NCBI GenBank assembly: GCA_012295275.1
Contig: CM022678.1
Span: 2,604,001-2,668,000, forward strand
DNA length: 64,000 nt
Source of the DNA: Chrysomallon squamiferum
Taxonomy: Eukaryota; Animalia; Mollusca
Direction of reading: 5' to 3'
A program made the translations under genes and the position numbers. Positions 53,590 through 64,000 of this stretch are shown here, piece after piece. The stretch's first letter is position 1, and each line of letters starts with the position of its first letter. The notes beneath the pieces are model-generated. The model worked only from the letters and a program-made list of their open reading frames with translations. It did not search any database and was not told where the DNA came from.

Positions 53590-53860
53590 ATCAACTTCAT
53601 GGACGCGGCCATGTTTATTTTTTGTTTTACCTCAATTGGTGATCTTCGTAAATATTTTCCAAAATTGTAATGAACAATATTTTTTTTATAAAAAAGTTGC
53701 ACATAAATTTATAAAATAGATAATAAAATATTATTCAAATTTAACAGTAACATTCACAATTAAATAAAAAGGAATAATAAAACTAACGCTAAGGACGTCG
53801 AAGACTGTATTTCCGGGTCATCGCTTCATCACCTTTTGATACAACATCAAGTGATCAAGT
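53590..53860. promoter_or_regulatory. Candidate bidirectional promoter for RCC1L (-) and ZNF706 (+), with short non-coding first exons
   Basis: The genes diverge, and both ATG exons begin with an acceptor just 5' of the ATG. Minus-strand donor GAG|gtaaaa at 53631/53630 and plus-strand donor CAA|gtaagc at 53858/53859. YY1-like AAACATGGCCGC (minus, 53605-53616), ETS-like TTCCGG (53811-53816) and a local CpG cluster. Confidence 0.65.
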
Positions 53861-54968
53861 AAGCTTTTGATAGACGATATTATGTGAATTTTTGGAGATT
53901 TTCTTATGAAACATGTTCTTTCTGGTGTCATATTTAATAGCTATTACCATTTATATTTTTATTTTACCCTCAGAAAAATGTAGTATTGTTTTAAATGGCT
54001 CACACTGTGTTAAACGTTCATAACATTACTCATTAGCTGTTACGCACCCATTCTCAAAAATAGAAAAAAACACCCCAGGCAGTGTCCCATTTCACGTTAT
54101 GTAATGTTAGCAAATCGTTATTTCTAATTTTTATGCTTAGGTTTCATTTCTTGTTTAAATTTGTTTATACAGGAAAGAGTGAGCTTCAAACCAAGTAAGC
54201 AATAACTGAAAACTAATAATATTATTTGTTTATTTTTATTTCTGTTCAAACTTGCATTTGAAGAATTCACATTTTTTAACAAAGTTGAAAATTAACATAC
54301 AATATGGTTTAGTCTTCAGCCTGACAGATGAGAATGGAAGGTGTCACATAGTATTTTAAACTTGAAATATTTGTAATTAAACCAGTATTTTTTGTATATA
54401 TTTTTTGTAATATAGTGAAATGCACTGAAAAAAATTATTTTTCCATTGAGCTCTTTTCTTAACAAGTTAAACATCACATTGTAAGTTGAATTTCACGAAA
54501 CTTATTATTTTTGTTCTTATAATATTACATTTATCAAATAAATAAGGACAACATTTCTCTCATACACTTACTTTGTATGAATGTTTAAAAAAACATAACA
54601 AAATAAAAAAATTGTTTGTTATTTAAAAAGCCACAAAATGTAAACTTTTAAATGTTACAAATCTTATTAAATTATGGTGACAAATAATGAAGTTATTTCT
54701 TTTTAAAGTTTATCGGTGTCATTTAAGGGTAGGGGGATATTTTAAAATCAGTTTGACCAGTAGAACACACCTTTAGAATTGTTTTTTAACAAAAATTAAC
54801 ACACGCACACACACGCACACACGCACACACACAAACACAGCGAGATAAATCTATCAATCTATCTATCTACCTATCTATCTATCTATATATATATATATAT
54901 ATATTTATCTCTGTGTGTGTGTATTAATTTTTGTTAAAAAAATCACATTATGAAAGCAACAACAATAA

Positions 54969-55007
<39 letters not shown>

Positions 55008-56249
55008 AAATAAAATTGAAAAGAAATCTCTCTTTTATTGCTATTTTTTCTTCTATTTTCTCTAATGACACTAGATCTTGGACGTCATTGGGAAAATGAT
55101 AAACTCAAGAAGATCATAAAAACATAAAATGTATGACTAATAGCTATAAATTATCATCCTTAAATGTACTGCTTTTTTTTATTATTAGTGAAAATATTTC
55201 ACATTTCTTCTTCTTTTTTTTTTGGATACATTATAAAAATAAAATGAAAAAGGATACTTCACTTTAATTACTTTAGTCACATCTGTTGCTTCTTTCATAA
55301 CATGTGGTGATAGAAAAGCATACTGATTTTATTTAGACTGTAGAATAATACTACTATTTATTTACCCAACATTTATGAATTATTTCATCCCCTCCCCCCA
55401 AAAAACTAAATTATTTTTATTTCCACTTATTCAAGCATGACATTCAGCTGTTTAAATAAAAGTTACTTCATCTCGAAACATAATAGTCACTTGGATTATT
55501 TTGTACATGGTCTTGCTTGATTACGATATGCTTTTAGATTTATTTTCAATGTACAATATAATTTGTTGCAGTTATAAGCAATAATAAATTATTAGGACTT
55601 GTGTATTTTATTTTGCATCTGTCTGTATGTGTGTATGTGAATGGGTGGGTGTGTTGTATTCTTTTGAAACCAAGGAGAATGTTTTTCCTAGTCACGTACA
55701 TTTTTCTAAAACCTCATTGTTACATACTTTTATTAAACTGTTTGTATTTGAATGACATTGTGCTTTATTTGATTTGTGTATTCTCGTATTAACTAAACTA
55801 TTTAACATGTAAATTCAATTTATCTTACTTTCAGTCAGATATTTGTTGTCTGTGTTAATAAATAAAACAAAAACTGGGTGTAAAATGGAGTGTGTAGGTG
55901 TGAGAAGTTAAATCCACAGAAGCTACACATGGCTGTTTTCCCATAGTATTGTAAAATTATTATTTACAGAGAAATTTGAAATTTTTTGTAAAATGTTTTG
56001 TTTCATAGTGTGTGTGTGTGTGCGTGCGTGCGTGAAAGAGTATGGATCAAACTAGTTGGATAATGAAAGCAATATCAGAAAACTAACAATATTACTTGTT
56101 AATTTGTGTTTCTGTTCAGATTTGAATTTGAAGAATTCACATTTTTTGCCAAAGTTGAAAATTTATATCCAACATTTATACCCAGATACAACAGGAAAAA
56201 ACAACAACAAATACATACATGTGGTACATGCTTTTTTCCAGTTCCAATC

Positions 56250-57150
56250 ATGGCTCGTGGACATCAGAAGATTCAGGCTCAAATGAAGAACCAGGAAAAG
56301 AAAGCAGCTCAGAAAAAAGCTGTTTCACAGAAAAAATCTGCTGACAAAGCACTTGTGTACAAGTGTACAGTTTGTATGGTAAGATATTGTGTACAAGTGT
56401 ACAGGTTGTATGGTAAGATATTGTGTACAAGTGTACAGGTTGTATGGTAAGATATTGTGTACAAGTGTACAGGTTGTATGGTAAGATATTGTGTACAAGT
56501 GTACAGTTTGTATGGTAAGATATTGTGTACAAGTGTACAGGTTGTATGGTAAGATATTGTGTACAAGTGTACAGCTTGTATGGTAGTGTACAGTGTACAG
56601 TTTGTATGGTAAGATAGTGTGTACAAGTGTAGTTTGCGTGGTAAGATATTGTGTACAAGTGTACAGTTTGTATGGTAAGATAGTGTGTACAAGTGTAGTT
56701 TGCGTGGTAAGATATTGTGTACAAGTGTACAGTTTGTATGGTAAGATATTGTGTACAAGTGTAGTTTGCGTGGTAAGATATTGTGTACAAGTGTACAGTT
56801 TGTATGGTAAGATATTGTGTACAAGTGTACCGTTTGTATGGCAAGATATTGTGTACAAGTGTACAGCTTGTATGGTAGTGTACAGTGTACAGTTTGTATG
56901 GTATATATATATATATATATATATCGTTGTCTTTTCTGGAATTTTTATTTTTATTTTATTTTAAATTCTATTTATTTATTTATTTATTTATTACAATTGA
57001 TCTTAATCTGCTTAATAAAACAATAAAGTATTTAATGGTGTTTATTATTTGTTGTTTTAGGCCATGATGCCAGATCCTAAAACATATAAACAACATTTTG
57101 AGAGTAAACATCCAAAAAGTCCACTACCAGCTGAGCTGCAGGAACCATGA
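56250..57150 (+). CDS. ZNF706: Zinc finger protein 706 (4F5/SERF-like N-terminus plus one C2H2 finger), exons 56250-56378 and 57061-57150, 72 aa
   Basis: MARGHQKIQAQMKNQEKKAAQKKAVSQKKSADKALVYKCTVCM|AMMPDPKTYKQHFESKHPKSPLPAELQEP*; phase-0 gtaaga...ttttag intron. Confidence 0.96.
56353..56902 (+). repeat. 34-bp tandem repeat (~16 units) made of the ZNF706 exon end plus its 5' splice site
   Basis: Unit TTGTGTACAAGTGTACAG(T/G)TTGTATG|GTAAGATA starts at 56353, 56387, 56421 and so on, with some 32-bp and 26-bp variants. Confidence 0.95.
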
Positions 57151-57807
57151 TTTCCAAAACAGGTGAACAAAATTAATCTTGTTAAATGGGGTCGATAAAG
57201 TCAAAGATTTATGCCATTTTAACCAAAGCTGTTGTCTTTTTATTTGGATCAAAGTTATTAAATAAAACTGCTTTCAGGTCATGTTTACTTATAAGCTGTG
57301 TGTATAGAAAAACATTTTTTTTACCATTTGTTTTTTTTTTTCTTCAAGTTTTTCTTCTTCTTTGGTTTAGTATTTCAAAAGTAAAGCTTCTGCACTTCAA
57401 AATATTCAGACTCATGCTTTTTGGAGATTGCACATTCAGTATTTTTTATTTTCTTTGTGTGTGTGCTTGTGTGTCCAAGACACTGTACAGATTGTTATGT
57501 AGACCTATTGTTATCATTTAAACATAAATTAATATTTAAATACATGTTCACAATTCTGGTTTTTAATCTTTCATTTTGATTTATTTCATTTTATTTTATT
57601 TTATTGATGTTATGATTTATTGATTTTATTAATTATTTCATAAAGTTAATTCATTTTATTTATTTTTTTACTTTTTTTTACAGATTCCAGTCTGGTATTT
57701 TTCTGAATATTTGTTTAATGGAGAGAACAGATTCAGTAAAAGAAATCAAAAAATCATTCAATAAATCATTTCCTTTCAATATATTCATGCATATTTCTCT
57801 CATCTTT

Positions 57808-57843
<36 letters not shown>

Positions 57844-60380
57844 CAATTTGGTCAGGTTGTACATAATACTTCAGCTTATTTCTGATATATTTATGTGAAT
57901 AAAATAATGTACATTCAAAGATTTTGTTATTTTTGTTTTGTGTTACCAAATATTTTGACAACATGAAAAGTTGCCTCCTGTTGCTTTTGTTTATAACTGG
58001 GTTGTTTTTGTTTTTTTACCCCTTTGTTGGTGACCACTATTCAAAGTATGTGCATTTTACTGATCTTATACAAACTAGTCCAAATTGGTGAGACATGTCT
58101 GTCATAAATTTCAAAATCAATTATTCATAATAATTTTCAACGTAGAAGTTTCAAAAACAACACTGCTGTTAAACATCAAACATTCATTTAAAAAAAAAAA
58201 AAAAGCTTAAATTTAGCTTTAGTTTAAGCTATCAGTTATATATCCTGGAAATGATCTGTGGTTCTGACTGGCCCATGGTAATGGGATAAGTCCTCCATAA
58301 TACTTACACTGTACTATTACCCATTCCAACTAATGCTCCATAGGTGGCTTCATCTGATTATTTTTTAATTTTTTTATTATGTATCTTCCCTGTGTTAGGA
58401 AGGAATAAACCAAATCCACCAATAAACCAGTTGGATTGGGAAAAACCCACTGGTAAGAATGAAGAAGTTATAATTTCTGATTTCTAAAGTACAGAAAAAC
58501 TAAACCATCACTGAAATTCTCGAGTAAAACAAATTGTACAGTCGACGAAATAAAATATTTTGAAAAAAAACAATTGAAGTCTGTGAAATACAAGAGTAAA
58601 CAAAAAACAGAGGAATTGTCAAGACATTTATTGATTTGGTTAAAAACTGTAGAGGGTGAGTACACATCACACACTAACTACAGCGAAAAGCAAGCACAGT
58701 CGGAATGAAATTCCTGCAGTGATTTTTTTTAATTCTTTTTTTTTTAAAAACAAGGTCAGACCAAAGCACTTTATGTACAAACTACTAAATATTTATCTAT
58801 AAATATATACGAGATCATGTTATGTTCTTCTGTAAATTCTTCGAGTGAGGCTGTGATTAATTACTTTCTGTGACGTAACAAATGCAAAAGAAATCTTAAA
58901 AGAAACGAAGCAAAATTTAAGGAAATTATAAATTTGTTCATGATTTTGTTTCGTAACTGTATGTTTAATTCTTTTGAACTGTTTTCAAAAATACAAAATA
59001 AAACATTTCAGGTGAATTTTACATTTGAACTAGTTGTGTATATATATATATATATATATACACATTGATAAAAGGATAATTAAATATTTTTAAACTTTTT
59101 TTTAGGATAGGGAATTTAAAAAAATAATAATAATCATTAAAATGAGTGAATTATACATACAAGAATTTATTCCAAATAAATTTCATTTTTCATTTGATTG
59201 TAATAATTTCACTGTACATGAATTGTTTCAGAAATATATTTACTCTTCAATATATTACATTTTAAAAAAAAATTTAACAGAAATATTTACATTTGATTAA
59301 TAATGTCAATTATATGAAAATGAATTATCCAAAAACTTGACTAATTTTAACTTTTTAAAAATTTAATTGCATAATTTTAACAGTGAATTATTTCAAAATG
59401 AGGTCATTTCAATTGATTAAATATTTTTATAATTAGGTATTGAGTTTTTTTGTTTGTTTAGTGTTAATTAAGTCAGATAAAGTAATTAAAACACAGCCAT
59501 TCTTGTCGGAGTAGCTTCAGGAATGTCATAATTCGTTAAAATATTAAAAAAATTAAAATGGTTACAACTGTTCTTTTGGTCGTGGTCTTAATTGTGCCAT
59601 CAGTTAACAAGATATGCAAAACAAACAACTAAATACTGCTCTGTTCGTTAGTTAAAATAACATACATTAATTAATAACATCCCTCAACTTTTAAATTATT
59701 TTTATCTTCAAGCACAAGGATTTAAATAACGTAGCAAGAAAAGAATTTATTTTTTATTTTTTATAATATAAGTAGAAAATAAAGATGCCATGGAATATTT
59801 TGCATAGGTGGGTAATATATGTTGGAGATAAAATTAGCATAACTGAAAGTTTCTAAGAAAACAAAGAAATAAATTAAAAAATGCAAGTAAGATTAAATGT
59901 TAAAAAGTCATGTGGTTCCTCAAATGCTAGTGTCAGTGGTGGCTACAGTGACATCATTTTATTGATTTTTTTGTTGTTGTATTTTTGAATTTAAAATTTT
60001 AAGTTAATAATTAATTTGGCAGAAAAATATGTCAAAATAAACATGATTTGTGACTAAAAAAATATTTTCCTTTCTAAGTGTATGACTGAGTAACATTTTA
60101 CAAAGATCAATACCTCCAAAAAAGAACTTCATAAGATACAATTAATGAATATAGGCACTCAAATTTGTTGAGATTCTTTTTCTAACTCATTTTCTGAATT
60201 TTAAATGTTACTGATATTTTTTTCAGGCTGAATAACTGATTTCTAACAAGCTGGAGTTTACAAAGACTGACAGACAGACAGACAGTTTATATTACCCGGC
60301 TATTTTGTAATAAACTTTGAAAATTATAATTATTTCTTTAAGTTCATGAAATGTGACGCTGTTAAGAAAAAGCCTAGAAA

Positions 60381-60419
<39 letters not shown>

Positions 60420-60489
60420 CAAAACTTAAATTGATGAAAAGTATGTTCTGATGGTTAAAAATGAAAATTGCATGGATCTATGTAGACAA

Positions 60490-60690
60490 AAGCACCAATC
60501 AGAAAATAAAATGGATTACAAGGACCAATCAATGAACAGTTTACATAAAGACCAATCAGTGAAAGGCTTACATAAATTTCAATCAATGAATTTAACATGC
60601 AGCCAATCAATGAACAGTTTACATCAACATCAATGAATAATGTGTGCAAGAACCAATCAGAAATTAGATAAATATATTGTCCAATCAAAA
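60490..60690 (+). repeat. Degenerate ~28-30 bp array of (A/G)CCAATCA motifs, ~7 units
   Basis: CCAATCA at ~60495, 60525, 60552, 60603, 60653 and 60681, plus a TCAATCA variant at ~60579. Confidence 0.7.
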
Positions 60691-61368
60691 CACTTGGTTT
60701 AAAAAGGACATTATGTTTAGTATTTTGCTGGTGACTACAAAAGCTAATGAAAATAGTAATTAAATAAATGAATAATAATTAAAAAAAAAATAATAATAAT
60801 AATATAATAAGTATATTTTTTCTAACTGATAAAGCACCATAGAAAAAAAATACATTGTTCAACTAGATCTATTACAAAAATGAAGTTAAAAAGATTTTAA
60901 TTTAAAAAGAATAAATAAAAGCAAAACAGAAGACAGAACAGTTTGTTTGTTTCACCAGTTAAATGCCATCAACAAATTAAAGATGCTTTAATAACAAGTT
61001 TCAGAAGAGATTAAATTGTAAAGCTGTGTAATTGTTTGTTTTGCGCTCAACAGTTGCTACTGACAACTAAAATGAGGCACTACTTGTATCTGATGAACAA
61101 AAACAATACAACACAATCTGCTGACTAGACTAACTGAAGTAAGAAGTGTTTTTATTGCTCAAACATCAAGGCAATGAATAAACCACCGTTTTCATTTGAT
61201 CATCCTTTTATCTTAAAATTATCAAAATTCTGATATTTAGCAAGCCTGGAGGGATTTTTTATTTTTTGTTTTGTTTTTTGTTTTCGTTTTGATCAAGCAA
61301 CTTTTTAAAACATTAATACAAATAAATATCATGAAATGTGGTTGGTGGACAATATTTTTAAAATGTAC

Positions 61369-61409
<41 letters not shown>

Positions 61410-62143
61410 GCCCTTTTAAATAGAAAATTCTGAAGAAATTTCGCCACTGAATAATATCTTAAAATCTTACTCAAAGAAAATCATTACTTAATGGTATTTG
61501 ATCATATTACAATATTTGGTAATTCATAAAGGTTTCTGTCAGATTTACTAAACTTTTAAAATCACTCTTTAAATATATTGATTATATTTTGAAATTTAAC
61601 AATTTTTAGTTATTTGATCAAATAATTCATTAAATAATTAAAAAACAAATCTATTTTACAATCAATTACTTAACTGCATTTTATAGTTACTGACACTAGC
61701 ACTCTCTCTGAATTACAAATACGTGTAAAATGTTTTCATCTAAAAGCTAATTACAAATAAAATACAGATATTCTTTAAAAAAAAAGTTTAAAATTTTAAT
61801 TTCTTCCCCCAGTAGATATGTATTATTGATATCATTTTCACCATTCATATTAAAATTCACAGTACCATCTCGTCGTAACTGTGTAGATACAAAATCTTAA
61901 AATATTTAAAAAACAAAACAAAAATCCCCCAAAAATAAATTTTAAACATGTTTGATATTCAAATCTATCCTGCTAAAAAATTATAGCTAATTGGTAATAT
62001 CAAAAACTCCATTTAAGTGTAACCCATCACAATTTTTTTTTTTTTTTTTTCACATTATGAAATATGAAGAACTATTGCTTATTCTCCAATAATTAACCAT
62101 CTGAACAAGAAATAAAAATTAAAAAAATATTTTAATTTTTATT

Positions 62144-62201
<58 letters not shown>

Positions 62202-63047
62202 GTTTTTTTTTTTGTTGTAAACATCACAGATTTGTGGGAAATAGTTAGAGGAAAAGTAAAATTTTCTTTAATCAGTTATGAAATAATTGCTTATCGTATG
62301 AAATTGACCTTCATATATCCAAAGAACAAACAACAAAACAATTTTACACATTTAATTAAAAGATTAAACCCTTTGATCTTGTTTTACAAATTACCAATCA
62401 ACTTGTTGGACCAATGGTGTATCAAATAAGGTTTTTGAAAGATATAATATAATCAGCAAAATAAATACAGAAGAGAACAGGACGGTGATAAGTTTTACAA
62501 AAGAAAATAAATAAAATAAGATAGAAAGTAAACAAGTGAAGATATTTTGTAAAAAAAAAAAAAAAAACAATTTTCTGTGTAATAACATTTTTAGGTAAAA
62601 GAAACACTATAAAATGCAGGTAGGCTTAGTTCAGAATCATTCTGTTATTTTCAAATTTCATTTCATTTTTTTAATTTATTTATTTATTACCTATTTTGGC
62701 TTTATAAAACAATTGAAACAACATGATGCACACTAAATACATTCAATATTTCATTTTCAGTGCAACTAAAACAGCTTATGTACAATATGCTGAATGAATA
62801 TAAAGGCCAGTGAATAACATTTCCCCCAACCCTCAACATCTTTGGGGTCAATAAATAAAAATATTTCACTAAGTTATTTCATGCGGCTATATATTTATAT
62901 ACATACAATGATTTTAAAAGATTAATTTTAAAACATTTGGGAATGGGGAAAAAGCACCATAATCACACAGCCCATATAAAAAGGACCTGATCAAGTGGAT
63001 TCTAAAGACTGGCATGTCAGAGACTAGCATCTTATAAAATCTTACAA

Positions 63048-63081
<34 letters not shown>

Positions 63082-64000
63082 AATAAATAAAAGGTTGTTC
63101 TTTGTTATCAACTGCTCCACAAACCTGAGATTATGTTTAGAAATTTTGGTTGAATTATCAAGTTGTGTTTTAGTCCAGTTGTCGAAAGTTACGCAAATTA
63201 AATTAATGAAATATTCAAACAATTATTCAAACTTGATTTCTTGTGAAAGATTAAATAAAATAAATCATTTTTAACATAAGTAAAATAATATAAATTGATT
63301 AAAACAAAAATAAATAAATAAGAAACAATTTCAGTTTTAATGAAACAACTTAAAGGCTGAAAAGTGCAAGGAAAAAGTACCACATGTCATATTGTAAGAT
63401 ATTACCTGCAATGTCAAAAGTGGATTCCATTTAAAACTATAAAAGAATTTTACTTTTACATATTTGTACTTAGAACATCAGATTAAAATTTCAAATATAA
63501 TTCTTTATTTATTTTTTTACATTTTTTTTATTATAGTTTTGTTTAAAATTTAATTTTTCAAGAATATAGCTAAAAACAGATTATTTGTATCACTGTCTGC
63601 TATTACTCCTATCATTTTTTTTAAAACCAATCTAAAGAGGATTCAGCAACATTTCAGTGATTTTTAAATTAAACAATACTTTATCAAGACAATCTTTTAT
63701 GTATTATGAAATTATTGAACAATTATTTTTGTTTATCATTAAGTTATTAAACAATATTTTTAATATTAAATTGTTTTATCCATCAGCAAGTTATTAAAAA
63801 AGTATCACCTATCATTTACGCTATTAGACAATATTTGTATCGATTATAAACTTGTATCCACAGTTGGTCTGTATCCACCACAAGCACACATTGTATCCCT
63901 CTACCATCACATCAAGTACTATAATTACATGATTAAAATATTCACTACCATCTCCCAAAAAAAGTTCAATACAACGAAGCCAAGGAATTAAAATACTGAC

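Noticed and set aside
56248-56964. Long repetitive ORFs on both strands (171-198 aa)
   Set aside because: By-products of the 34-bp tandem repeat and the antisense of ZNF706.
58235-58470. GC-richer patch with minus-strand splice-like signals and small hairpins
   Set aside because: No recognisable protein in any frame and no coherent exon chain.

Overview
AT-rich, microsatellite-dense animal genomic DNA (probably a lophotrochozoan such as a mollusc; this is an inference). Nearly all entries in the ORF track are translations of simple repeats. Manual splice-site reading gives three real intron-containing genes. (1) A + strand syndecan with 8 coding exons at 26260-33349; its signal-peptide exon was not found and probably lies at or before the left edge, behind a ~26 kb intron. 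Its ectodomain carries two thyroglobulin type-1 (TY) domains on symmetric phase 1-1 exons, and the intron in front of the first TY exon also reads in frame as a signal peptide, suggesting a second, glycosaminoglycan-free isoform. (2) A - strand RCC1L/WBSCR16 with 12 coding exons at 53138-42190. As assembled it has two lesions next to GA/CT runs: a truncated exon and a +1 frameshift. (3) A + strand ZNF706 (56250-57150), head-to-head with RCC1L; its first coding exon end and 5' splice site are tandemly amplified about 16 times. The window also holds several minisatellites, two CCAAT-box arrays and candidate intronic enhancers (forkhead and nuclear-receptor DR1 clusters).
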